In this document: piece after piece, positions 51,201-64,000 of the stretch
Position numbering within the stretch: the first letter of the stretch is position 1
Layout: each line of letters opens with the position of its first letter
From: Podarcis melisellensis
Lineage: Eukaryota
NCBI GenBank assembly: GCA_964234715.1
Contig: OZ174280.1
DNA: 64,000 bases
Reading direction: 5' to 3' (one strand)
Position numbers and translations under genes: made by a program
The notes under the pieces: model-generated
Databases searched by the model: none
Told to the model about the DNA's origin: nothing
The model's input: only the letters and a program-made list of their open reading frames with translations

Positions 51201-52721
51201 TCCTTCCATGAATACAAAGTCTAAAAGGAAGCTCCAGTGGAAAAGAAAGATTCCTGCCCCCAGCTCTGTTTTCTTTGTTAACTTTGTGGAACAAAGTGCT
51301 TCTGTCCTGCCCCTCCTCCATCATCTTATCTCTTCCCCTTCTATTTTGTCTTTAAGGCTCTGCATCTTGGAAACCACTTTTGTGATTTTTATCTCCATGA
51401 TTAAAGTAGAAGACTTTATTGAGTTCTTTGCATCAGCCTCAAGATCTGCAATGCAGGATTTTACATAACGCTTCACTTCTTCTCACACCATTACTATTGG
51501 TAACCTGATAGAAAAGAAACGCAAGATACCACGTTGCTTATGATGTATGTTTCTGGGATTATGTGCGTGATTAGCAAAAAGAGGGGGCAGAGCTACATGT
51601 GATAAGGAACTGCAGAACCAAACATGCAGTTTTGCACACCACTGCGACCAGGAAGTGTTCTCAGATAATGACAGATTGTTTGTTTGTTTGTTTGTTTACA
51701 AAATAGAAAACAATAAAAGAAAATGTGCCTCAGCATTTCATTCCACTCCAGCCGCTTCCTAACTAAAAGGTCAAGAGGAGGGAAAGCAGTTAGAAAGTGC
51801 CAACATTTCTTCTTTCACTGGCATTCTGGATAAGATATTCAGGGGTGGGGAAATAAGAAAGATCAATTGATCTGCCATTTGGGTATTTTAGTGTGTGCAT
51901 TTTTAACTTAAGCCTGTTTGATTCAATGATTGAAGCTGGAAGTCTGACTGACACCCAGCACAAGGTGATCATGTGATACGTTATCTCAGAGGACCGTAGA
52001 ATTTATCATATAATATCTTTTATTGGACCAAACAGCTATTTAAAGTGTCACAAGCTTTCAGCAGAGGCAGCATACACCCTTGATGAGTTTCTGGAGTGGG
52101 AGGTAATGATGGCTTGGTATCTGACACACAATGGCAGAAGCCTAAACTGTTCAAATGCATGCTATATTCTTTGCTTAAATGTCAGATTTTGCAAGTGATG
52201 CTAATGCTCTGATTCAACAAAAGAAAGCTCACATCCTTAAGTAGAAACTGTGAGAATGTTTCCAGAAGCCAAGCACAGCCCTTGGTAGAGAAGATTACAT
52301 GTTTGGGTGCAGAGGTCTGGATTTAGTCTTTGCCATTCCTTGCAAATGATTGACAATATTTTATTGTGGGCTGCATGCGTGAAGCTCATGTTCCAGCTTT
52401 TCAGCCAGGGAAATATGCACACAATCTCCAATTGTGCATCAGTTTTCTCCTGCTGGGTTGGGGTGTAGCATCTGTTCTAGTAGCGCAGAATAAAATGGGA
52501 GCCATTTTTAAATCACATGCAACACATTCTAGCAAATGTAAGAGTCATTCAAATCAGACATGTAGTGAACACACACACAAAAATGTTAAGCATTACTTGT
52601 GAAAACAGCCTAAATCTTCACATTTATTTATTAAATTTATATCCTACCTAGACCTTTCTCCCAAAGGAGCCCAGGGTGACAAATTCCAGATGATTTCAGA
52701 TCACTTTCCGTCATACCACAA

Positions 52722-52759
52722 AATAATAATAATAATAATAACAATAATAATAATAATAA
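52722..52759. repeat. (AAT)n microsatellite with one interruption
   Basis: Read directly from the sequence. Confidence 0.93.
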
Positions 52760-52947
52760 GCCAAACCATGGTGAGTAATAAGCCAAACCAAGTCTGGAAG
52801 AAAAAGAAGTGTTTCTCCCACCTAGCACGGTAATGTTCACCATGTCCTTGTAGCTATCAAAGTTCTTATTGTAACCTTTTATCACAATTCAGGCAAAAGA
52901 TATTTTGCCATGCTTAAAAGGCTTGAAGAGTCAGGAATGAGAGTGGC

Positions 52948-53122
52948 CAGTGCTCCCCCCCCCCGCCAAATGTTTAAGAGTACTCTCATTTTGACTCAAG
53001 AAGATCACCATTTTATAGTTCAAATCAGGAAAAATAAATACAGTAAATGGATAAAAGTACAAAGATTCACGAAATGTTTATGGGTATGCATACCCCTGCA
53101 TCCCCCCAGAAAAAAAGCACTG
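52948..53122. mobile_element. hAT-type MITE
   Basis: CAGTGCT...AGCACTG ends. 8-bp TSD AGAGTGGC / AGTGTGGC (7 of 8 match). Confidence 0.75.
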
Positions 53123-56100
53123 AGTGTGGCAATAGAATGTTGAGCAGCAACGAAGACTTGCCAATCCACTAAGTTAATAGTCCATCTTTATGGCACCATT
53201 TCCATGCACATTTCCACTAATGAGTGGGAATTTATTCAGTTACAACAAAATGTTTTAGCATTCATTTAGAGTATTCAAAGTGCTCTACAGACATTATCTG
53301 AACAATTCTTACAACAGCCCTGCAAAATAAGTCAATATTGTTATCTCAACATTGCAGCTGGGAGGTTGAAGCTGGAGAACTGTTAGATTCACATTTGATG
53401 TATGTTTTGAATCAAGGACATCACAGCTCATACATTTTAAACATTATACTCTACCAGCTCGCAACAGATTTGGGACCCTTCAGAATAGGCTCCAGGGTTC
53501 AAATAAGCTTTTACTCAGTATAGATGCAATGAAATGAGCAAACCTTAGTCATGTTTATTAACTTCAGTGGGTCTACTCGGAGAAGGACTAGCACGGAATA
53601 CTACTCTGTATCTTCCAGCCTTCACTGGATTTCAAGTCCTTCCAAAAACAGAATGAGTCCTTCTGAAACCAACTTGCTATGCACAAGCAGAAGTCATAAG
53701 TTTACAAATGAAAATTTAGGGAGAATCCGAAAGAGAGCAAAAGAGGGAACAAAAGAGAGGGAAGAAACAAAATCAGCCTCTCTTATTTCCTGTTAGAATG
53801 CATCAGAAGGCCTGCACCTGGAAATAACATTTTTACTTGTGGAAGAAGCAAAGTAGAGAAGGAGCCACTGGGGTTAAGCATTGTTGCTACAACATCTATG
53901 TAATGAATTGCTTGGCAGAGTACTGCTATTTTTAAAATCTTTTTTTTTTCCTGAAGGACAATTTGTTTTTTAACTGAAAAGAGCTTTTAGGAAGCTCTCC
54001 AAGCTTCAATTCCTACTCATGTCAGATCTTGCTCTTTTGTATTTGCTCTTTTACACTACAATGCTGTTGTTTGAAGTATAGCAGAATATATATGTTTGCT
54101 ACCTCTGGTTCATCAGGGTGTCATGTTTCTTTGCTGTCAAGGAGACAGAACATTGCTACTTTCCTCGGGAGAAGCTTTGTCCATGATGTATGAAATGTCA
54201 CATATAATTAGGCTTCTCCTATGAATTACATTTCTTAAACTATGTTTCCATATCAACAGGTATGTTACAGGGAGTCTGGCAGGAGAGAAACATGGTGGTA
54301 CGTCAGAGCAGAGGGAATGTAAAATCTGATCACCCATGACCCATCTGGCCTATACAGTTTGGCTATTGGTTCTTCTCTTAACTATCAGGCCTGCTGCTTT
54401 GGATTAATCAGTCTGGGAACTGCAACCAATGCAAAAAAATGGATTACCAGTTGCTACAGAATTCAATACTTGGAAGGGAACCAATAGGTGACCTGTCTCA
54501 GTTCAAGTCTTTACCCTGAAGCCAAACATTTTGTAGACTAAGCATCTTGACACATGCCCCGCCAACCTTCCCCTACAATCTCCAAAGATGGAAATTCTCC
54601 AACCACCCCAGGCATCCTGTTTCATTGCTGCATAAGTTAATGGACTCTTCCTAGTGCTTAATATCCAAATTATTTTTTTTAAAAAAATGATTCCTTATAA
54701 ACAGAATAATTAGTGCAACTCATATATTGCTAAAGTTGTATAGTTTAGAATGTAAGTATCTAATCACAACAAAATTACAGTGAAATAGTGTGAGGCTGTT
54801 TGACTTGAGTCTCTCATTATTCAAGCATTATCTCAAACATTTAATTAAGACAACCATTTGAAAAGAGAAAGCCAGCAGGCTAATCCAATTGCTTTGAATG
54901 GCTACCAGCCTAATTGTAAATGGTTGATGTCCAGCCTTGTCTTCCAAGATTTCAGTCGGTTTCCAAATCTATACCAGTGGCACCAGGAGCAGATAATTAG
55001 ATATTTACATTTTGAAAGAAATCCTCTTGGAGATATTCATGCATCATGCCCTAGGTGTGTGTGTTTTTCAAAAGTCGTTGTCTCACAGCCTGTTAGATTA
55101 GAAACCGTAAACCACTAGCCAGTGTGCAGCAAATGATCATCAAACAAACCATTTCACAGTTACAGTTTAGGAATTTAGAAACAGATGAAAAACCTCAGAG
55201 CAAGAAAGACCTGCAAATTCATGAAGTCAGGAGATCTCTAAATGAGGGGAGTCAATAATGTCAATCTCAACAGAAGAGATAACCTAGCACAAACTGGGAA
55301 ACAATGAAAAAGTTTTAGGATTAAAACAGAGTCTTATTATCCACTAGCTTGTTTGTTTTTTTGTTCTCAAATCAAATAACCAAACAGTTTACTCAAAACA
55401 AGCTGCTTATGTTATCAGCATTACCCATTTACCTTTTGAAATGCTGGCATTTAAAGAGAAGATTTCTAAAGGTAAAATTGATGCTAATACAGAATCCTAT
55501 TATGCACTGTAGGGCAAACTCATTCAACTCAATCTGAGCTTTTTACTACCCAGTTAAAAGAGATACTCCTTAGAAAGTACATATACAACAGGATATCAGA
55601 ATGACTGGGGATAAGGTTACAGATATTTCAGCAGAACTTTATTTCTGTCAGATTATTTGCAATAATTGTTGTCGCACAAAATGTACAGCTTAACTGACGT
55701 TCTGCTTCACCACAAAACACACAAAAATAGGCAACTTCACTGGGGAGAAAAATCATGCAGAGTTTCTCATAAAATAAGAAGGTTCTAGCTGTGCAGCTGA
55801 CACTTGACGAAAGAAGCATGAAGCTCATGATAAGGTTTTGAAAAATTCAAGATTACAAACAGCTGAACAACTTTATGCAAATATATTCACTTACTCAGCT
55901 GGCAAAACTGTAAAACAAAAACAATATAAAAAAGCATTAAGAAGCTTAATGTTTGAGCTTAAACGTTTTTTTCCGTTTCACTCATCTATAAAATGTGGGC
56001 ACTGAGAGCAGAGGAAACGAATCTGTCTTTCTGAATATATTGCATTATTTCTTTGAAACACTGCTTGAATATCAGATTCTATACCTCACAATTAGTGACT

Positions 56101-57599
56101 GGCTGGGCTGGGATTTCAGCCTAGCAAGAAGGATCTGCGCTATTTGCTTCAACTAGGATGCCTCTGAAGATGCATCACAGGCAGATAGCACTTAAGGGCC
56201 AGTCACAGTTGCATGGATCTATAGGACCAGAGTGCTAATCACTTCAGATATCAAGTGGCGTAATTAATCACCAGCCATTTAACATTTTAAATACATCAGA
56301 AAAATGGTCCAATATGGCTGAAAACATTCCATTGTTTTATGAAGGCTGGCCGAGTGCGACTTCCTATTGTCCCAGGAGACATATTTAGACGCTACCCCCA
56401 CATGTATATATGTAGGGGGAGGGGGACCATTCCCTCGACCCTGTTACAGACATCCATGTGTTCAGCAGGACATCTGCAAAGGACCTGCAGGCAAAGGCAG
56501 GCCGGTGTTGCTTGCAAGTGAGAGCTTCAGTCATGCAAGGTTGCTATACCTACAGCTGCGCACACACAGCTTCCCCCTTGCAGATGCCCCACTGGGGGGA
56601 CAGTAGGTGGCTGGTCATATAGGGCACATAGGATTGGTGGCAGGCCAGCATGGGTGGTCCCACTTCTGTTCCATGCACTGAGGAGCACCTTTATGGTGCT
56701 TGACTGAGTGTACACCTGCCTGGACTGATGTTTACTCGTGACAAAGAAAGATTGTACCATGTGCCTAAATGAGGGGTTTCAGAGAGGGGTTCCAGATTGG
56801 TATCTATGCATGAACCTGGAGTGTTCTGGCACCCAAAAATCCATCCTTTGTTTTCCTACATCCATTTTCTCCAGGGCTTGCAGGAAAACAACTTAAGTGG
56901 TATCTCAGAGAATCATTGGAAAAGGCAGAAGGGCAGCATCCCTCTTTCTCTTTGCCCAGGTGCAACCATTAGGAATGGGAATGATTGGTTATTATGCAAT
57001 GTTTTCCTGTCCTTGAGGACTAGGCTTGATCTGTATATAATCCTAGCAGCAATGCATCCAGTTGTAAATTGCGCCAGATGAACACCATGCCACACAGGGA
57101 GCTATTAAATGCAAGACAACTTCCTATGTGGTTTGGCTGATTTCCTGCTGGCAAAACCTCTTTTTCATGATTCTGTTTTCAAGCAGTGGCCCTGCCATTA
57201 GTGCAGTGCAATGGACTGGGCCAAAAGCGATTCGTCTGGTCTTTGGCGGTCCTCTTTCCCTCGCCTTGTACCTAGTCATGCACAAGACGCCCAATATGCC
57301 TCACATACAATCTTACATATCTGCTCAGCCTCCAAGCCAAAGGGCCAGCTTTTCTCCAATTGCAAGCCTATATTTTACATCCTTCCTAGCAGAGTAATTT
57401 CAGCCAGCTGCTCACAGTTGCTGTTTAGGCCACGGGGCACAGTGGAATTCTGCACAGTCTTCTTTCTGCCCCAGCTCCTTACCATCCTGCTCATTCAGCA
57501 CACACACACACACCACAGCAGGAGTCATTGCACATCTGTACAAAGGACAAGTGGAAGAGTGGAATGACAGTTCTTTTAAAGAATGAATCAAAGTGCAAA

Positions 57600-58030
57600 T
57601 TAACAAACACCAAATTTGCTGTAAACATTAAATACTTCAGACACAAAACCTTCTGCGCGATACAAGAGCGCTTTCAGCATTATCTATTCACAACAGCTCT
57701 CCTCCTCCTGAGGGTCATAAACACAGAGAGACGGAGCCAGGGAGAGAAGGGCGGGGGGAAGCTGGAGGAAATGCTCTCGTTGAAATTCAACTCACAGCAA
57801 AAGCAATTTCCGAGTGTGCAAAGTGCTGTCAGCAGGCCTGATGTTTGTGTATGAAATATAGACAATATGACTGGCCCATCGGCAGCCACTGTCAGCCTGA
57901 TGGATGGCGCCTGAAAAGAAGTAAAGCGGCTGCCGTTAGGGCCCAGTCTATCAGCCTCTTGAAGGAGATTCAGGGGCTTAATAGAGGGAAAACTCTGTAC
58001 TAATCGGACAAAATTTCCAGCTGCGATCGC
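57600..58030. promoter_or_regulatory. Candidate intronic developmental enhancer
   Basis: Non-repetitive block that retains CpGs. MEIS site CTGTCA (57889-57894) lies 3 nt from PBX-HOX TGATGGATGG (57898-57907). Second CTGTCA at 57826 and GTCATAAA at 57714. Confidence 0.5.
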
Positions 58031-58096
58031 CAAGGAAATAAAAGGGATGGGGATGAAAGACCTGAGCTAGGAACACAATGCAAGGAGGGGGAAAGC

Positions 58097-58099
<3 letters not shown>

Positions 58100-58144
<45 letters not shown>
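58100..58144. repeat. (TC)n microsatellite
   Basis: Read directly from the sequence. Confidence 0.97.
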
Positions 58145-58147
<3 letters not shown>

Positions 58148-61100
58148 GCTCTTTCCTTGTTCCATGAACATATATATATATGGTATGTTTCTGCACTCGA
58201 ATTCTTACCATATAACAACCCCACCCCATTTTTCTTCCTTCAAGTGGGCTAAACCTATTTTAGAATGGGCTATAAAAACAAACATTGTTGAAAGCCATTC
58301 ATGTACATTATCTAATTATTCCTTGCAGAAACCCTATAGGGCAGGGTTAGGTCTCCCACCTCCACCACCATACTGTAGCAATGAGGGGAGGACATTCTGA
58401 CGTACACCATCTCTATACATTTGCCTGCACCAGTTTTCTCCAGGAAGACTGTTGTAGCGAGCAGAAGGCCAGTCTGGTTCAGAGCCTGGGAAGTGGCTCC
58501 ATTGCTTTTCTTTTCCTTATCAGAAGGAACTCTGCTCCAGTCATCACTTGTCCTGCGACTTCAGTAACAAGGTCACTCTTTCACCAACCAGAAGACTAAG
58601 GGCATGAGCACCAGCCAGGAGAGAGCAACCTGGCTCCAACTGCATATAAATCCCTGTTAAAAACTCACCACTTTGTTTCAGTCTAGCTCTTGTCAAACTG
58701 AACTCTCTCCTGCACCTTTATCCTCAACTTCAGTTTCTTTGCTTGTCTTATCTTCCAGTTTGTCAGCCTGAGGCCAAGGGCCTCACATTTCATTTCCCTT
58801 CATGCAACAGCCCCTACCACTAGCAATGAACAATGGATTTAAACTGACATGACTGATTTGCATTTTTTTTGTCTCCCCAAATTTATTTTTTTATGTATTA
58901 TATTTGTAATAAGTTCTCTGGGTGGTGTCCAAAAACCACTAACGTATAAGATAAAAATTCATATTAAAACACTAAAACCAGAACAAAAGAGACCGCAAGG
59001 GGGGGGGCACAGCAAAAACTAAAACCAGAATAATACACTGTAGTCAAAACCAGTTAAAGTCAGAATAAACCAACATGGAGAAACAGATGCACCAGATTTA
59101 TTGTAATGAAAACCTGACTTGAGAGAACAAGCAAACCATAGTGCAGGTGCCACCACTGAAAAGCCCTTCTCCCTGCTTACCACCCACCTCAATGCAGAGT
59201 TCAGACAGCAAAAGAGACATCAAAGCTCTTCTACAAATACAAATTGCAAAACAAAAAAGTACACTTAAGAGTAGAAAGCAGGGTTCCTTTGTGGATCCTT
59301 CAGTCTGAAAGGGCTTTAGTCATCCTAAAAAGCTCCTTAGGGGAAGGGCTAAGAATGCAGTGGGATGGGGTCCCTAATTTCTTTAAAAAGGGGAGATCCA
59401 GTTCTTCATACTGGAGTTACTGGCCACCAATGCAGTACAAGTAGTGATTAATTACAACTGCAGCCAGTTTGCTTCTCTTTCTGTTGTGGGCTGTAAAGGT
59501 CTGTAGGATGCTATGTATGAAAGAAGTCCCTCAACCTTGATCCTTTGTTGTCTGGAGTCAGATTGCTGATCAATAGGCTGTAAGGGTCCTCTGAGTTTTA
59601 CATCCTGATACTTTGCTGCTACCAACATTACAATAAGCACCAAGCCTTATACCCACTAAATTTGTTCCATGGTATGCAAATAAGGTTTTTTGTTTGTTTT
59701 TTAAAGAACAGATAACAAAGCATGGATCTAAGCACTGGGCAGAACATCTATATGTGGGAAGCATAGATGGCTTCTTAGATTTCTGCCTTCCTTTCAAAAG
59801 CCCAGAATACATCCCTATCCATTCCTGTTGATTAATCGGCTACTATAAAAATCTGATGAGGATGACAATTTACGATAAATAAATGGCCCTGGATCACTGC
59901 CAAATGAATGCAAAGTGTATTAAAAAGACTTTCCACACCGTGTCTTGACAAAGCTTTTGTGTTTCGCACTGTAGATAGTGTACATTTTTTTTAACATGGA
60001 AAATCAAATAAATAAATAAGCAAATAAATAAGCATTGCTAACACATTCACATGGGACAGAATCCAGCTACAAACAACCCATTTATTTTAAGACTTCAGTG
60101 CAGCAGAAATTCCCAATCAGAGATAGAAAGAATGATTTTTAAGGGTGGCAGGGGAGATATTTTGGAGAAGCGGGAATAATTTAAAGTAGAATATGATTTT
60201 TTGATGAGGCTGCCAAAATGAAAGGCTCCTGGAGAAAAAAAAAAGTTAATTTACATACAGACAGAGCTGTCAGCCGAGTCACTGCCAGAAAGAATGATAA
60301 CAATTCATTTGGTAACTACTCCCTTGTTAAGAAAATAGCAGCATCTAGGGGCTTTATTTGCTTGCCACAAAAGAAAGGTTCCCTGAGCAGATTTTTTGAT
60401 GGGAAAACACAACTTTTCTATGGGGCTTGTTTGTTTTTGCAGCTGTCTATAATAGTTATGACTTTGCTTTCAGCTGAGAAGGATCTGGGACAGGGGCTTT
60501 GACAGTCCATCTTATAGCCCTTTGCAAACTGCTAGTATGGAGTCATCAAGGCCTGGGGAAGGAGCACTGGTCCCACCCCAACATTCACATGTGGGTGGCT
60601 ATTAAACAAAGAGCATGTAGGCACACCCAGTTACAGGTTATGGGTCTCCCAGATACATTGCCCTCAATGGACCACCCCTGCTGGCACAGTGGGCTGTCTG
60701 CCAGGCCCAGATCCCTCACCACGTATTGGTCAGGCTCCCTGCCTTCCTGCCCACCAATGGTGGCAGCACTGAGCAGGCCTCCAGGCTTGCATGATGCAAC
60801 ATACATCAAGACAAGGACAGCACCATGGGGTGGGGAATGCATGCAGCCCTGGAATCCTCCTCAGTGTAAGCACTGGGCTGCCCTTAGCTGCACAGTGGTT
60901 CTGGCCTGGAAATGCTGCTGAGCAGTGCTCAGGACTCCCACAAGTGATCTTGCTAGCATTGCCAGTTTAAGTACATCAGCCCCCACCCCCACCCCTGCCC
61001 AGATGTCCATAATCGTAGCAGTGTAATAAAGAAGTTTAAGATGCACCATGCTTAACCAGAGCTGTGTGCTGGCACCAGGCCTGACCAATGGCTCTGTGCA

Positions 61101-61187
61101 GAGGAGCTGAACTAGGGGTGGAGGGTGAGGTGGGATTAGGACCAGCTGGAGCAATCCCCTTTATTATTACAGTTGGTTACATTTTAT

Positions 61188-61336
61188 AGAATCATAGAAT
61201 TGTAGAATTGGAAGGGACCACAAGGTTCATCTAGCCCACCCCCTGCAATGCAGGAATCTTTTTGCTCAACATGGAACTCGGAACCCACGACCCTGAGATT
61301 TAGAGTCTATTGCTCAACCAGCTGAGCTATCCCAGC
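61188..61336 (-). mobile_element. tRNA-derived SINE with CR1-type 3' tail
   Basis: Head GGATAGCTCAGCTGGTTGAGCA...CTCAGGGTCGTGGGTTC (A and B boxes, tRNA-Lys-like) fused to a CR1 end GGTCCCTTCCAATTCTACAATTCTATGATTCT. Confidence 0.8.
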
Positions 61337-61545
61337 AGGATTCTTCTGGTACAATGTTGCATCTCACAAGGTTGCCTCATCATGCTGAAACCATGCCCTG
61401 GGACTTGAATTCCCACACTGGGTTATCTGCTCAGGGCTTTAACCTTCAGATCCACCTGCCAATCTTCTTTTTTCCGCTGCACTGATAGTTAAAGGCAGGC
61501 AGCCCCAACATCCTGTCTCCATTCAGATGCTGCTCCATTTCAGTA

Positions 61546-61771
61546 CAGTGGTACCTTGGGTTAAAAACTTAATTCGTTCCAGAGGTCCGTTCTTAGCCTG
61601 AAACTGTTCTTAACCTGAAGCACCACTTTAGCTAATCGGGCCTCCTGCTGCCACCGCGCTGCCGGAGCACGATTTCTGTTCTCACCCTGAAGCAAAATTC
61701 TTAACCCGAGGTACTATTTCTGGGTTAGCGGAGTCTGTAACCTGAAGCTTATGTAACCCAAGGTACCACTG
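61546..61771. mobile_element. Tc1/mariner (Tigger/pogo-like) MITE
   Basis: Perfect 18-bp TIRs CAGTGGTACCTTGGGTTA / TAACCCAAGGTACCACTG with a TA duplication on both sides. Confidence 0.9.
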
Positions 61772-64000
61772 TACTTCCTATCTGGGTTTCCTCTAACTAT
61801 AGCTTGTCTCTCTATGTGAAAATGCAGAGGGTAATCAAGATATTCATATTCTAGCACTCTAAAAACTAATGTTCTAATCAGCACTAGGCACCATTTAATC
61901 TGCTGAAAAACAGGAGCAGAGCACCCTGTTTAAAGCCTAAATGCAAAGCCAAACTGTTGGAGCTGGATGATCTGGAGCTGGTGACAAAACCTGAATATTA
62001 TTTGTTTTCAGGGAGATTCTAGGCCGGAGTGGGAGAGTTCAGATGCCTGCCTTCCCTTCCATTGTCTCTGAATGCACTGATCAATCTCTCGCCCTGCAAC
62101 CCGAAACAGTAAAAATCTCTCCCCAGCTTTAACTTTGTAACTATCACTGTCTTTTGTGATTTAATTTATGCCCTCACAATGCAAGCTGTGTGCACAGCCA
62201 ATATTATTTGTAGACACCTATTTGGATACACTTCCTATTGTGTGTCTTCATGATTTAATGTGATTTTCTAATGCGTTTCTCAAATGCTGCCTTGCAGCTC
62301 AAATACAATTCAAGAAATATTTGCAGCTTCCCATTTTCTCTGCCTGAGTGCACAGCAGGCAGTAGGTTGGGAGCAGGAAGCCAGGAGACAACACTCATAT
62401 TTCTTTCCAGTCCCCCAAACACAAATTTCACTATGGAAGATGCTATAGACCAAACACTTTTCGGGTTGTAGAAGAGGGTGCTCCTGGAGTCACTGGATCT
62501 CTCTGCCACTTGTTTAGTGACAGGCCCGCACCCAGAGAGATCTGACCTCCTCTGCTCCCTATGTGAAGCTGCAGAAAGGTCCTCAGCAGATGTTCCTCTA
62601 ACTTGGAGAAAACAAAAAGGAGGCATTCTGAGGTGTGTGTGTATGGTGTGTCTACATTTGAGAGTCCTCCCAGCTCCCTAACATACCCCTGGAATGGGAC
62701 AAATACAGTTCATTTGCATCCCATTGACTCCAATGGTAGTGAGACTGTATGCTGTTTTTTTAAAAGACACAGAGAAGAACAGAGAAATGCATTGTGTTCT
62801 GCTGGTGCATGCCTGGTAAGGCACAGGACAAGGCACTTTGTCTGCCTTCAACTCCCTGGCCCTCAGAGTTTTCAGGGTTGTGGTTTTTTAAAAAAATACA
62901 TTCTTTCAAATATATGCTGGGATTGGAATAGAGGGCCATCAACGTGGGTGCCAGGCCTTTCGTGCCTTTAGAGTGGCAGGGTGCAAACCCCACTCCCACA
63001 TAAGTATCCAAGGCTATACCTACTTGGAAGCAAGTTCCATTGGTTGGTAGCCAACTCAGTCATACTCAGAGCAGGCTCACTGAAATCAGTAACCTAACTT
63101 GGGTCCACTGATTTCAATGGCTTTCTTCTGGGCCTAGTATCACCCATTGTTTATGAATGGACTTATTTGGTAATAGGTGTGTTTAGGATTGCAGGTGTCA
63201 GCATTTACCGGTCTTGAAATTCTTTTGATATTCTGTCTAAACAGAAAGCACCAGTCCTTGAATTCTAAGTGAAATTTGGCAGTAGTGAGTTCAATATATT
63301 TTGCTGATTTCATCATAACCTTAATTTCTCTTAACTTCCCTTCCTCATTTGTGTTTTCCCAAGCGTGAAACACCAATTTTCACCTAAGGATACATTCGGT
63401 GGCAGCTCTGTTTAAAAGGTTTCACCGGGACCTACAAGTTAAGGCAGACAACATGCATTTGAGACCAGATACATAAATAGCATGGGACAAAGCTGTGGTC
63501 TAGCAACATCTGAAGTGCACCATGTTGGCTATCCCAGTATAGGAGTTGGAGGCACTTGACAATATCAGGGCTGGGCATTTTTCAGTGAATGTTTCAAATA
63601 TTATTTTTAGAACAGACACATCTGCCATAGTAGCAGAATGTTGCTATGTTCTATCTTTTGACATATCCCACCTAAGAAAACCTGAAGGAACAAGGTACAA
63701 AACCAGGCAAATAAATTGCCAGCAAACTACATATACTTATGAGAGGTGGGGTTTTTTTAGCTACATAACAGAAGGATAAAAAACCCAGAGGATTTGCTTG
63801 GGTTTCTTTTTTTTTTACTAGCTAATCTCCTAACTATGTCCACAGCTGGTAGAACTTTGCCAAAACGGTGGACAAGAGAAATGTATTTGCAGTTTCAATG
63901 ACTTTAGTAATTCATTCCATCCATAACTTTTAAAAAACAGAAATGCATGAGCAATATTTAATAAAAGTTGGTGTGACGGTAGAAAATATCTTTGCAAGAT

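Noticed and set aside
61262-61336. Functional tRNA gene
   Set aside because: Degenerate acceptor, anticodon and T arms, and directly fused to a CR1 tail, so it is a SINE head.
63140-63376. ORF containing DTCNP, as in AGBL4 IRPDTCNPRF
   Set aside because: Only 5 residues match, the context differs, and that exon belongs much further upstream in the gene.
36808-64000. Upstream AGBL4 exon (CSLMGFDLNRHW...) or nested BEND5 exons
   Set aside because: Not found in the ORF track or by eye. Probably beyond the window, though a manual scan could miss a short exon; tBLASTn would settle it.
1-64000. CRISPR arrays, operons, rRNA or endogenous viral genes
   Set aside because: Vertebrate intronic DNA with no regular repeat-spacer array and no long non-TE ORF.

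Overview
Eukaryotic, repeat-rich genomic DNA from a squamate reptile, most likely a lacertid lizard (inferred from Sauria SINEs, a BovB 3' end and a tRNA-head/CR1-tail SINE). The window appears to lie entirely inside AGBL4 (cytosolic carboxypeptidase 6, a tubulin deglutamylase) on the minus strand. Two coding exons are present. 36807-36655 (153 nt) carries the DIHAHS zinc-ligand motif. 22961-22799 (163 nt) carries the YTLEVS catalytic Glu and is missed by the ORF track. I did not find the neighbouring exons, so both outer introns probably run past the window edges. The second exon ends at a minor-spliceosome (U12-type) donor, GTATCCTTT, with a strong major-class donor (AAG|GTAAGC) 58 nt downstream in another phase. 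The rest is intron. It contains a young 5'-truncated L1-clade insertion with a perfect 19-bp TSD; BovB, RTE, RTE-X, CR1 and L2 fragments; solo LTRs; hAT and Tigger MITEs; a Penelope-like remnant with a degenerate hammerhead ribozyme; microsatellites; and non-repeat blocks with PBX-HOX/MEIS motifs that may be enhancers. I found no convincing wholly new system. The best leads are the paired U12/U2 donors, the hammerhead remnant and the candidate enhancers. Almost all short ORFs in the track look like noise. Repeat family names come from recognition, not from a database search.
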